Shown here one piece after another: positions 52,601 to 63,624 of a stretch of 64,000 nucleotides of DNA (its first letter is position 1; the number at the start of each line of letters is the position of its first letter). The translations under genes were made by a program, and so were the position numbers. The notes beneath the pieces were generated by a model, which saw only the letters and a program-made list of their open reading frames with translations, made no database searches and was not told the origin of the DNA. This DNA comes from Mobula birostris (lineage: Eukaryota): the NCBI RefSeq assembly GCF_030028105.1, contig NC_092377.1, forward strand, positions 94,246,865-94,310,864, in the 5' to 3' direction.

Positions 52601-53000
52601 TGTCTCATTGCACAGGGCCAGATCCAAGATAGCATGTTCCCTTGTAGGTTCAGTAACACATTGTTCAAGAAAGCCGTCACGTATGCATTCTATTAAGTCC
52701 TCCTCAAGATTGCCTAGACCAACTTAATTCACCCAATCTATGTGCAAGTTAAAGTCCCTGACAATAACCGCTGTTCCATTCTTATATGCCTCAGATATTT
52801 CTGTTTATTGCCTGTGCCACTGTAAAGTCAGCCTATAGACAACTCTGTGATTTTTTTCCCCTTACTATTCCCAATCTTTACCCAGATGGATTTAACATTC
52901 TGTTCCTTAGATCTTACATTGTCTCTCACTATCGCTCTGATCTCATCCTTAATTAAGAGTGCTACCCCACCTCTCTTACCTTCCTGCCTATCTTTCCTTA
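49640..53000 (-). mobile_element. Long CR1 LINE with deletions, interrupted by a Penelope 3' fragment
   Basis: ORFs 49907-50461, 50758-51072 (GNYWPISLTSVVGKMLE; QHGF....CLTNLLEFFE; DVIYLDFQKAF.KVPH) and 51035-51334 (KS.GPDGMHPRVLKE). Confidence 0.92.
51534..52170 (+). mobile_element. 5'-truncated Penelope 3' fragment (end of GIY-YIG, 3'UTR, hammerhead)
   Basis: Near-identical to the reverse complement of 13209-13890. The 13-bp TSD TTATGTTGCTTTT lies at 51521-51533 and 52171-52183. The hammerhead is at 52039-52074, with GAAACGUC changed to GAAACAUC. Confidence 0.92.
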
Positions 53001-53669
53001 TTACTCATGGTTAGTGGTGCTGGCGCATCCACTTTACATTAACAACACCTTACATCTACGAGAAAATAAAGTCAGTAGTTTAAGACTGGAAATTGTTATA
53101 CAATGATAAAGCCACAAGGTGTGATGAATTCTGTTCGTCAAGTCTCATTGGGAACATATCAGAAGGACAAGAATATTGATGTTAGACTGGGAATGGCACA
53201 GACTTGACTCGACTACGTCGACTCGACTCGGCACGGCACAAAGTGTTAAAGTAATGAGCAAACAGAATGTAAGTGTCATCTTGAGAAATAAATGAAGGTG
53301 TTCAGTGAAGCAATTTTCAAACTTTCAAAAGATCTTTGAAAAAGGCATCAAAAACTGCACATAGAATATACCAGATCAGAAACTGAACAGGTAAGTTCGT
53401 GTTTAAGTCCTAGTTAGACAATTGCCAGGGGGAAGACTACATGCTGCACTACAAAGCTTCTTTAGAATGATGAAAGGGGAAAGAATGGGATTTGTATTGG
53501 TATGGTATATTGGAGATAAGATCTGTCCTTAACCCCAAACATTTACTCTTAGTTTTTGTTCCACAGATGCTGCCAACCTTGAGTATTTCTAACTTTTTGA
53601 TATTTATTTTAGATTTTCTAATGGGGATTATTTTACTATATTAAGAATTCAAGATCTACATGTTCTTGC

Positions 53670-54455
53670 TGAATAAAGGTCAAGACTAGCAGGACAAGGG
53701 AACACTCTATGTCCAGGAATATTGATACTCTAGTCAGAAAAGAAATTAGGTATAGATCAGTAACAAGCAGCTTGAATCAAGTGAATCACTGGGGGAGTTT
53801 AGGGGATGCAGGAGTATAATGAAGGAGGAAATCAGAAGAACATAAAGGAGTCATGAGATAGCTTTGGCTGAGAAGATTGAAGAGAACCCAAAAGAGATTT
53901 TAAGTATATTAAGGGGAAAAAAGAGAAACTAGAAAGAGAAGAAGCCCCCCTCAGAGACCAAAATGGACATTTTATGTGGAGCCACTGGAGATGGGCATCT
54001 TCCCAAATGAACATTACTTCTTTGTTTTACCATTGTTACAGACATGGGGACTTCAGAACTTGAGATATTTAATAGGGATGTCTTGAGGTTAGTCCACATT
54101 ACAGCAGAGATGGTTTGAGATTTTATAACAGATATGAAGGTAGATAATTCTCTAGCACCTGATCTGATATCCAAAGACATTGTGGGAAGCTAAAGAAGCA
54201 ATTACAAGAGTCCTGGCTGAGATGTATACCTCATCGCTAGCGACAACTGAATTGCCAAAAGATTGCAGGGTGGCTAATTCCGCCTTTATTTAAGAATGGC
54301 TGCAGGCCAGTAAGCCACCAGATAGGATCCAAAGAGAGCTAACTAATTGAGAGATGGTAGGAAGTAGGTGTTAATGGTGGAGGCCTGTTTTGCAGACTGG
54401 AGGGTCAAGACTAGCAATGTTCACAGGAAGTCAGTGATAGGCCCATTAATATTTG
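53670..54455 (+). mobile_element. Degenerate CR1 LINE fragment
   Basis: Remnants IRRT.R.HEIALAEKI.ENPK.F..YI.GK, K.D.S..PD.I.P..LWE.KE.I and dW.VAN..PLFK.G. Confidence 0.7.
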
Positions 54456-54932
54456 TCATAGTCATAGTCATACTTTATTGGTCCCGGGGGAAATTGGTTT
54501 TCATTACAGTTGCACCATAAATAATTAAATAGTAATAAAATTATAAATAATTAATAGTAATTTGTAAATTATGCCAGGAAATGTCCAGGACCAGCCTATT
54601 GGCTCAGGGTGTCTGACCCTCCAAGGGAGGAGTTGTAAAGTTTGATGGCCACAGGCAGGAAGTCATTGACGCTCAGTGTTGCATCTCAGTGGAATGAGTC
54701 TCTGGCTGAATGTACTCCTGTGCCCAACAAGTCCATTATGTAGTGGATGGGAGATATTGTCCAAGATGGCATGCAACTTGGCCAGCATCCTCTTTTCAGA
54801 CACCACCAGAGAGTCCAGTTCCATCCCCACAATATCACTGGCCTTACAAATGAGTTTGTTGATTCTGTTGGTGTCTGCTACCCTCAGCCTGCTGCCCCAG
54901 CACACAACAGCAAACATGATCGCACTGGCCAT
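54455..54932 (-). mobile_element. 3' end of the same young Rex1-like family as 44830-45960
   Basis: ASAIMFAVVCWGSRLRVADTNRINKLICKASD is identical to the peptide at 45470-45570; the tail is (gtcata)n. Confidence 0.92.
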
Positions 54933-55454
54933 CCGTGGCACTGATAAATTTACTTTGCAAAGTACATATATGTCATCATATACAACCCTGATTATTTTTT
55001 TGCGGGCATTCACAGTAACTACAAGAAACACAATATAATCAAAGACTGCACCCAACAGGACACTCAGACAGGCAATGTGCACCTACAAAAAGAAAAAAAA
55101 TGATGATAATAATTACAAATAAAGCAATAAATATTGAGATGAAGAGTTCTTAAAAGTGAGTTCATGGGTTGTAGGAAATATTTAGTGATGGGGTGATGAA
55201 GTTATTCACTCTGGTTCAACAGCCTGATGGTTGATGGGTAATAACCGGTCCTGAACCTGGTGGTGCACAAGGAGGTATTTAGGCCTAGGTCTTGAATCTT
55301 ATTGATTAGTTTTGATGGATGATAGTATTGAATGCCAAGCTGGAGTCAATGAAGAGCATCCAAATGTATCATCTTCACTGTCCATAAGTTTCAGCGTTGA
55401 GTGAACAGCCAATGAAATGGCATCTGCTGTTGACCCGTTGTAAAGATACAATAC

Positions 55455-55535
55455 TACTATACTATGTCGACTCAGGCCTAGGGGGCCGGCGTCGGGCACG
55501 ATGATGGACTCTCCACTTCTCCCTCTCCCTCATCA
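55455..55535 (-). mobile_element. Short RTE-like LINE 3' terminus
   Basis: Minus strand MREREKWRVHHRARRRPPRPEST* followed by a (tag)-like tail. Confidence 0.5.
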
Positions 55536-55540
55536 AAATA

Positions 55541-55691
55541 CAATGGTGCAAGAAAACTTGTGAACCCTGTAGATTTTTCTCTATTTCTGCATAAGTATGA
55601 TCTAAAATGTGATCACCTTCACACGTCCTAAAACTAGATAAAGAGAACCCAATTAAATAAATAACACAAAAAACATTATACTTGCTCATTT
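55541..55691. mobile_element. Solo, truncated Tc1 TIR of the same family as 2041-3602 and 59673-61792
   Basis: TA|caatggtgcaagaaaacttgtgaaccctgtagatttttctctatttctgcataag... Confidence 0.85.
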
Positions 55692-55692
55692 A

Positions 55693-55820
55693 AAAACGCA
55701 AACACGAGGAAATCTGAAGATGCTGGAAATTCAAGCAACACACACAAAATGCTGGTAGAACGCAGGAGGCCAGGCAGCATCTATAGAAAGAGGTACAGTC
55801 AACGTTTCAGGCCAAGACCT
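55693..55820 (-). mobile_element. Penelope 3'-end unit truncated within the hammerhead
   Basis: Reverse complement of ..ggtcttggcctgaaacgttgactgtacctctttctatagatgctgcctggcc..cagcatcttcagatttcctcgtgtttg. Confidence 0.8.
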
Positions 55821-57629
55821 CAATTCAGTATCTTTGAAATGCCTCTCAAACTCATTTTCTTGAATGATTGAAACACCTGAGTCAGTGTTCAATTCCATCT
55901 TAATTAATTTACAGTTCACTTCTGGTGTAGCCATATTGCTTGCCTATTGCTAGTTTTTATATTGTAAATATCAAGGCTACGCAGTCCTATATCACTGTCA
56001 TCAAAGTTTTCATCAACAGCATGCAGATACGTGCTCTTTTTGAAACTGTAACTTGACTTCTCAGCTTTTTCTTTCCCTGAGCGGTCTGCCTGACATGCTC
56101 TTTGTCTGTGTCCTACTTTGTTTATTTTTTGCAAGTTTCATCTTTAAACCTGCATTTGTTTGGTGTATGTGAGCCCTTACCACAACGGTAGCACCATATG
56201 TTCGACCAGGCTGGTTTCTGCTTAGACATTGCAATTTTGTTCACAATCACTTTCATTCCTGACTGCAACTCAATTGCATCTCTACATTTTCCAGTGAAAC
56301 AGCAATTTCAACTGCTCTTTTTAAATGTAAGTTGTGCTTCAGTTATGAGCCGTTTTTGAATGCTTTCTTGTAAGATTCCACAACGTAAATAATCTCTTAG
56401 TGTATCATTAAGCCCATTACCAAACTGAAAATGCTCAATCTTTTCAATTCACCCACATATAAAATGGTCTCCCCTTCCTTCTGATTCTGCTTATGAAACC
56501 TGAAGCATTCTGCAATCAACAATGGTTTTGGTTCTAACAATGCTTCTGCATTACTTTCACAGCATCAGCAAAGCTCATTTCTGCTGGTTTGGTTGGAGCA
56601 GTTAAGTTTTGAAACAAACTGCATGCCTTTACACCCTATGCACTTAGCAAAATTCAAAGTAAAATTTATCAAGAGTACAATACGTATGTGTCACCACATA
56701 CAACTGAGATTGTATACCATGGGCATACTTAGCAAACCTAAAGAACAGTAACTGGAAACCGTAAACATCAGGAACTGTTAACTGTAAACAAAATGCAAAT
56801 GCAGATATAAATAAATAGCAATAAATAAAGAGCGTAAAATAACAATATAAGAGTCCTTAAATAAGTGTAGTTATCCCCATTTGTTCAGGAGCCTGATAGC
56901 TGATGGGAAGTAACTGTTCTTGAACCTGGTGTTGCGAGTTCTGAGACACCTGTACCTTCTACCTGATGACAGCAGCGAGAAAAGACCATGGCCTGGGTGG
57001 AGAGGATCTTTATTGATTGATGCTGCTTTTCTACAACAACATTTTATGTAGACGTGCTCAACAGCTGAGGGTTTTACCTGTGATGCCCTGGGCCAGATCC
57101 ACTAAAATTGGTACTTTCATTGGCCACTTCATTTGCTTCAAGATATTGTTAAATTAGCTCAGTGTACATACATGAACTAGTTACCTGTTGTGTCAATCTT
57201 TCCAACCAGCGTAGCCAACCATTTCTGCTTTTATTTATGATTATTATCACTCAGTGCCTAGTCTTCTGTTTACTGCTCTTTCTTTTAAAACTTGACAGTC
57301 TGCACATAAGTGCTGGGCTTCACATTTTACCCACAATTCCTGGCTGCAATTTTTTTTAGTTTGAATGTCTTGCTGTGCTTCAATAGGTCAACAGCCATCT
57401 TGAGTTTGGTTTTAAAATACCACAGCCAATGTGTGCTTTGTAACTTCAAAACATTAAACTAATTCAAGGTACATATGGGAGTCCGAATTTGGGTCTAACT
57501 TCAGGCGTACTTTGAGTGAGGCTCACACGTGTCATATGGTAGTGCGATGACATATGCAATTCATGCATTCTACATATAACTCGCAATGAATATTTTTAAA
57601 CAATGCTTCATCAATGTTACATATACACA
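55820..57629 (-). mobile_element. Ty3/Gypsy 5' part (putative LTR, PBS, gag, start of protease), decayed, with a LINE fragment inserted at ~56655-57105
   Basis: Minus-strand gag zinc knuckles (CYRCGKGSHTPNKC..K...C.K..KVGH..RAC) and the protease-like I.MELNTDSGVSII (decayed LDTGS). A putative LTR spans ~57430-57629 and ends ..CA, followed by a decayed PBS TTGGCTGTGG. Confidence 0.75.
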
Positions 57630-57678
57630 TCCCCCCACCATTTTTGTTTTCCATTACCCCATTATTACCACTCTAGCA

Positions 57679-57778
57679 ACACACATCAAAGTTGCTGGTG
57701 AACGCAGCAGGCCAGGCAGCATCTCCAGGAAGAGGTACAGTCGACGTTTCAGGCCGAGACCCTTCATCAGGACTAGCA
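57679..57778 (-). mobile_element. 100-nt Penelope-derived hammerhead mini-element with a 15-bp TSD
   Basis: TSD ATTACCACTCTAGCA at 57664-57678 and 57779-57793. The insert is nearly identical to 6703-6800. Confidence 0.9.
57739..57774 (-). ncRNA. Minimal type I hammerhead ribozyme (intact core), sense to the SOS pre-mRNA
   Basis: Minus strand AGUC CUGAUGA AGG-GUCUCGG-CCU GAAAC GUC GACU; all conserved core nucleotides are present. Confidence 0.82.
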
Positions 57779-58334
57779 ATTACCACTCTAGCATAATTTT
57801 CCAGTGGTACAATATCCACTCTTGCTTTTCTTTTACTCCTTATATATCTGAAAAAAATTGCGTTCACTTTTATATTATTGGCTAGATTATCCTCATATTT
57901 CATCTTTTCTCCCATTGTTTTGTTTTTAGTTGTCTTCTGTTCATTTTTAAAGCGTCTCATTCCTCCAACTTTGTACTATTTTTGTTATTTTGTATGCCTT
58001 CCCTTCTGCTTTTATGCTGTCTTTAACTTCCCTTGTCAACTTTTAGAATGCTCTGCATTGGGATGAACCAATCCTGCGTCTTCCATATTAATCCCAGAAA
58101 CTCCAGCCATTGCTTCTCTACGTCATCACTGCTAGCATCCTCTTCCAATCTACATTGACCAGCTCCTCTAAACCTTGCTCTCTTTTCACTGCTGCTATCA
58201 GAAAGGAGGTTCAGGAGCCTTATGTCCCCCACCAGCGTGGATAACTTTACCTTCCTCAATACTGAACTGTTTCCACAACCTGCGGACTCACTTTTGAGGA
58301 CTCTACAACCCAGGCTCTCAATATTTTTATTTAT

Positions 58335-58578
58335 TTGTTTTAATTTAGAGATACAGTGAGGAACGGGCCCTTCCAACCTAACGAGCCCCGCTGTCCAGAA
58401 CCCACCTATATAACACTAGTCTATTCACAGGACAATTTACAATGACCGATTAACTTACTAACTGGACTGTGGAAGGAAATCAGAACACCCAGAGGAAACC
58501 CAGGGAGAATGAACAAACTCTTTACAGACAGTGCCAGAATTGAACACTGAACTCCGGAATATCCTAAGCTGTAAAAGC
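58335..58578 (-). mobile_element. tRNA-derived V-SINE (HE1-like), degenerate
   Basis: Minus strand B-box-like gtgttcaattct, then the V-domain-like gggtttcctctgggtgttctgatttccttccacagtcc, and a LINE-like tail ending ctgtatctctaaattaaa. Confidence 0.65.
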
Positions 58579-59672
58579 ATATTTGCATGGTTTGCCTTCT
58601 TTTGCACATTGGTGGTTTGTCCGTCTTTGTTTGTGTGTAGTTTTTCATTGATTCTATTGTTTCTTTGAATTTACTATGAATGCCTGCAAAAAATGAATCT
58701 CAGGGTATTATATGATGACGTATATGTACTTTGATAATAAATTCATTTTGAACTCTCTCATGCCAATGTAGTTGCCTTTATTTAACTAAAATATCTGACT
58801 TTAGCTTCTCCTTCTCAAAATTGCAGGGTGAATTCTATCATATTATGATCACTGTCTCCTAAGGGTTCCTTTACCTTAAGCTCCCTAATCAAATGTGGTT
58901 CATTACCCAACACCCAAGTATTGCCTTTTCGCTGCTATTAAACACAACTCATGGGCATTCTACAAATTGCTTCTCTTGGAATCCAGCACCAACCTGATTT
59001 TCTCAATCTACCTGGATATTGAAATTCCACATGACCATTGTAACACTCTCATTTTTACATGTTTTTCCTACGTCCCATTGTAATTTGTACCCCAGATTAT
59101 GGCTGCTGTTTGGAAGCCTACAAATAACTCCTATCAGTGCCTTTTTATATTTACAGTTTCTTAACTCTACCCACTAGAAATTTACATCTTCTGATCCTAT
59201 GTCACCTCTTTCTAAGGATTTGATTTTATTTTTTAACTAACAAAGCCACTCATCTATCCTTTTGATAGCTGTGAATCTTTGGACCTACAGGACTGAAGAT
59301 GTTATGGTTGAATGCAAAATAAGGTAAATAAACTTATACTGCAGCTAGAAATTGGCAGTTTTGATGCTGTAGGCATCAAAGAGTCATGGTTGAAAGATCA
59401 CAGCTGGAGGCTTAACATCCAAAGATGTTGACTGACCTACTGAGTTTCTAGAGCACTGTGTGTGTAGCACAAGATTTCCAACATCTGCAGAATCCCTTGT
59501 GTTTATGAATTTCAAAAGTACACTACAACAGAATACACTGTCACAATAAAGAAAGCCTGAGTCAACCAAACCTACAAATTTAGCTCTGCTGGGAAAAATT
59601 ATAACCCTTTGGACCTATTGAGAAGGAAAGTAAAAACATGATTAAAAATCACTTCTCATGAAAAATCACCTA

Positions 59673-61792
59673 CAGTGGTGCCAGAAAGTTTGTGAACCCT
59701 TTAGAAATTTCTCTGTTTATGCATAAATATGACCTAAAATGTGATCAGATCTTCACACAAGTCCTAAAACAAAATAAAGAGAATGCAATTAAATAAATAA
59801 CACAAAAACTTTACTTTTTCATTTATTTATTGAGAAAAATGATCTAATATTACATGTATTTGTTGGAAAAAGTACGTGAACCTTTGCTTTCAGTATCCAG
59901 TGTGACCCCCTTGTACAGCAATAACTTCAGCAAAACATTTCTGGTAACTGTTGATCAGTCCTGCACATCGACTTGGAGGAGCTTTAGGCCATTACTCCTT
60001 TCAAAACTGCTTTAACTCTGGGATCACAAGCAAGAGAAAATCTGCAGATGCTGGAAATCCAAGCAACACACACCAAATGCTGGCGGAAGTCAGCAGGCCA
60101 GGCAGCATCTATGGAAAAAAGTAGAGTCTACGCTTTGGCAGGACTGGAGAAAAAATGATGAGTAAATTTAAAAGGTAGGGGGAGGGGAGAGAGAAACACA
60201 AGGTGATAGGTGAAACTGGGAGGGGAAGGGATGAAGTAAAGAGCTGGGAAGTTGATTGGTGAAAGAGATACAGGACTGGAGAAAGGAGAGCCTGATAGGA
60301 GAGGACAGAAGACCATGGAAGAAAGAAAAGGGGAGGAGCACCAGAGGGAGGCGATGGGCAGGCAACGAGGGAGAAGAGGATGGGAAATGGTAAGGCGGGG
60401 GTGGAATTACAGGGAAGTCAAGAAATTGATGTTCATGCCATCAGGTTGGAGGCTACCCAGACGGAACACAAGATATTATTCCTCCAACCTGAGTGTGGCC
60501 TTATCAAGACAGTAGAAGAGGCTATGGATTGACACATCGGAATGGGAATGGGTGGAATTAAAATGGGTGGCCACTGCCAAGAAGTTCAATTCTGGACTCA
60601 TCTCTCATCTGTCCACAGAACATTCTTCCAATAGCCATCTGGCATATCTAGTGGTCTTCAGCAAACTTAGACGGGCAATGTTCTTCGTGGAGAGTAGTGG
60701 CTTTCTCCTGGGATGTTAGTGGGCTTCTTGGCATGAACTGCTTGCTTCAGGTCCTTCCATAACATTTCTATAGGATTAAGGACAGGACTTTGACTCGGCC
60801 ATTCCAAAATATGAAATTTCTTCTACTTTAACCATTCAATGGTAGACAGAATTGCGTGTTTAGCGTCTTGCTGCACGACCCACTTTCTCTTGAGCTTCAG
60901 TAAACAGACAGATACTCTGACATTTTCAAGTAGAATTTGCTGGTACATTACAAAATTCATAGTTCCATCAGTGATAGCAAGCCATCCTGGTCCTGAGGCA
61001 GCGAAGCATGCGTCAACCATGACACTGTCACCATGGTTCATACATGGGATGAGATCCTTATGCTGGAATGTAGTGTTTGCTTTTTGCCAAATATAATGCT
61101 TCTCATTTAAGTCAAAAAGTTCTACTTTGGATTCATCTGTCCACAAACCATTGTAGTTCAGTGTTTGCCTGATGCAAGAGAGGCCTGTACCTCCTTAAAT
61201 GTTACCCAGGGGCCTTGCTCTTAGAGTGATTTTTGTTGGCCAATTACTCCTGGCGAGAGTAACTATAGTGTTGAATATCATCCATTTGTACACCACCTGC
61301 CTGACTGTGAATTGGTGGAGCCCAAACTCTTTAGAAATGGTTTTGTATCCTTTTCCAGCCTGGTGACCATCAACAACCCTTTTTCTGAGGTCCTCAGAAA
61401 TCAATGATCAAGGCATGACACACTTCTAAAAACCTGCGTGGTGAAGATCAGACTTTGATAGCAAAGACTCAGGTTTATGTTCTTTAAATAGGGCAGGACC
61501 TCCCGCACTCTTACCTGATTGTCATGCCATTGATTTAAACACCCAACTCTAATTTCCCCTCTAAATGAACTGATAATCCTAAAGGTTCACATACTTTTCC
61601 AACAAATCCATGTAATATTGAAACATTTTTCTCAATTAAAAAATGAACAAGTATATTGTTATTGTGTTATTTACTTCATTGGGTTCTCTTTATCTAGCTT
61701 TAGGATGTGTGAAGATCTGATCACATTTTAGGTCATATTTTTGCAGAAATAGAGAAAATTCTGAAGGGTTCACAAAATTTCTAGCATCATTG
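59673..61792 (-). mobile_element. Tc1/mariner DNA transposon, defective and internally rearranged
   Basis: TIRs cagtggtgccagaaagtttgtgaaccct ... agggttcacaaaatttctagcatcattg with TA flanks (59671-2, 61793-4). Minus-strand transposase pieces are ISEDLRKRVVDGHQAGKGYKTISKEF and WTDESKVELF...QQDAKH. Confidence 0.93.
60025..60577 (-). mobile_element. Penelope 3' fragment inserted in the Tc1, with the hammerhead internally deleted
   Basis: Homologous to 13209-13860 (gatgttcatgccatcaggttggaggctacccagac). The ribozyme is reduced to agtcctgccaaagcgtagact. Confidence 0.85.
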
Positions 61793-62869
61793 TACCCTAA
61801 CGTCTGCTCTCCACAGATGCTAACCTACAGTATTTTACTTTTAGCATCTACAGCGTTATTTCTTGCTTTATGACTAAAACATTGACTTTAATAACATAAA
61901 AATGTTTTTAATTCCTTTTTTAAAAAAGAGTCAATGGCTGTAAGGGGACAGAACAGTGAAGTGCATACCACTTTGTACTCTAGTAATCATATAACACTAT
62001 TGCTGCACCAATAGCTGGATCAAATTTGAATCAGACCTGTCAGTAATAGACTCAGCCAGTAGAAATTAATTTTGGCTTGCTGAAAGAATTAAAAAATACT
62101 GAATATTAAAAAATTCATTCCAGGTAATTTCACAACACCAGGAAACAAATGTAAAGGCAAAAACAAAATTATAGCAACGTGGAGGCAGTTCCCATACCAA
62201 TAAACCAATGAAAATGGATATCCATAATAGGAAAATATATGCATAAACTATGGAATAAGCAGCAACATGATAGGAAAGGTGGTTCCTTCAGCTGAACTCA
62301 GTATAGAACCCAGTCTTGAACTAAAACTAGTACAAGATATATTATTAGTTAATTGCAATGTCTGTTAGAGAAGCCAAGCCACTTTATTTGTGTATTTATA
62401 TAAAAATGACAATGGCGCACAATTATTCAGTCATCAGAAACCCAGGTAACTGATGAGGCTAAGAAGAGGAAACAGTTTGAATCAAAAGGGCCACTCAGAA
62501 GCTCTGAGATATATTGATCAGACCATTATTTACATTTTGTGTTGTTTTGCACATTGTTAGTTTGTCAGTCTTTGTGTTTATATTTTCCTTGATTCTGCGG
62601 TTATTTTGTTCGGCTGTGAATGCCTGCAAGAAAATGAATCTCAAGGTAGTATATGGTGACATATACATACTTAAATAATAAATTCACTTTGAACTTTGAA
62701 AGGCAAATTCAAAATTGGCTTTTCTTGCAAAAGGATGGAGTATAGAAGTAGGGGATTTCCAGGTTAGGCAGGATTATACTTGAGAGTGGAATTAAGGTTT
62801 GAGGATGTCTCAAACAATAATGATACAACAGTGCAGTTTGTAGATATATACTTACTTCATAGGTTTGTG

Positions 62870-63580
62870 GGGAAGGAAGGCAAACTTGTGCCTGTATACA
62901 TTGGGGGATCAGTAGTAGAGAAAAATCATCAGATCCAAATTTCTGGGTATTAACATATCCCGCGACTCATACTGGGCTCTTTCCATAGCTGCAATCACAA
63001 AGTAAACGGCACTAGTGTCTTTCCTTCTCAGGAAATTAGAGGTCACCAAATACTCAAAACTACTACAAATGCATCACAGAAAGTATCCTGTCTGGTTGTA
63101 TCATGGTCTAGTACAGCAATTCAAATGCACATGAACACAAGAAACTGCAGTGTGTAGGGGATTCTGTCCTATACAAAAGGAACACATCCCTCCCCATCAT
63201 CAGCAGTATCCAAAGGAGTCTAAACGAGGCTCTGCCTCAAGACAAAAATATCCAAAGATCCCTACCATCTGGGCCAAGCCATCTTCTCGTAGCTACCATT
63301 GGGCAGGGGTAGAGAAGCCTGAAATCCAACACCACCAGTTCAGTAACAGCTATTTCCTTTCAACCATTCAGATCTTGAGTTGACTAGCACAACCCTGATC
63401 ACTATAGTTCAGCAACACCGTGATAACTTTGATCACTTTGCCCTAAAATTATTCTAATTGCATTCTTGTAAAAATTGTGTATAATTTATGTTTAATTTAT
63501 ATGTGTCTTGGAATGCTGCTTATATGATCCTCTGTACCTGTCATACTGTTGCAAGTTTTTCATTGCACCCATACCTACAT
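62870..63580 (+). mobile_element. Degenerate Rex1/Babar-like LINE 3' part
   Basis: Remnants PVYIGGSVVE....KFLGINI and KDP.H.G..IFS.LP.GR. Confidence 0.6.
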
Positions 63581-63624
63581 GTACTCTGTAGTATTCTGTT
63601 CTGTTCCACCTGAAAAATTGGGGT

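Larger units (their letters stand above)
57630..59380 (-). mobile_element. Degenerate CR1 LINE with several nested insertions
   Basis: EKMKYE..LANNIK....FFRYIRSKRKARVDI.PLEN; homologous to 3870-4485. Confidence 0.8.

Noticed and set aside
41371-57629. Integrase (41.4 kb) and gag/protease (56 kb) as one LTR element
   Set aside because: They are on opposite strands, 14 kb apart, differ in GC content and decay level, and have no paired LTRs.
6703-60145. Recurring ~36-nt motif as a CRISPR repeat or prokaryotic system
   Set aside because: Copies are dispersed, on both strands and without spacers, there are no cas genes, and the DNA is vertebrate intron. The motif is explained as the Penelope hammerhead.
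55541-61792. Solo TIR at 55541 plus the right TIR at 61792 as a composite transposon
   Set aside because: Geometrically possible, but the solo TIR is truncated before its inner repeat, and TA flanks alone are uninformative.
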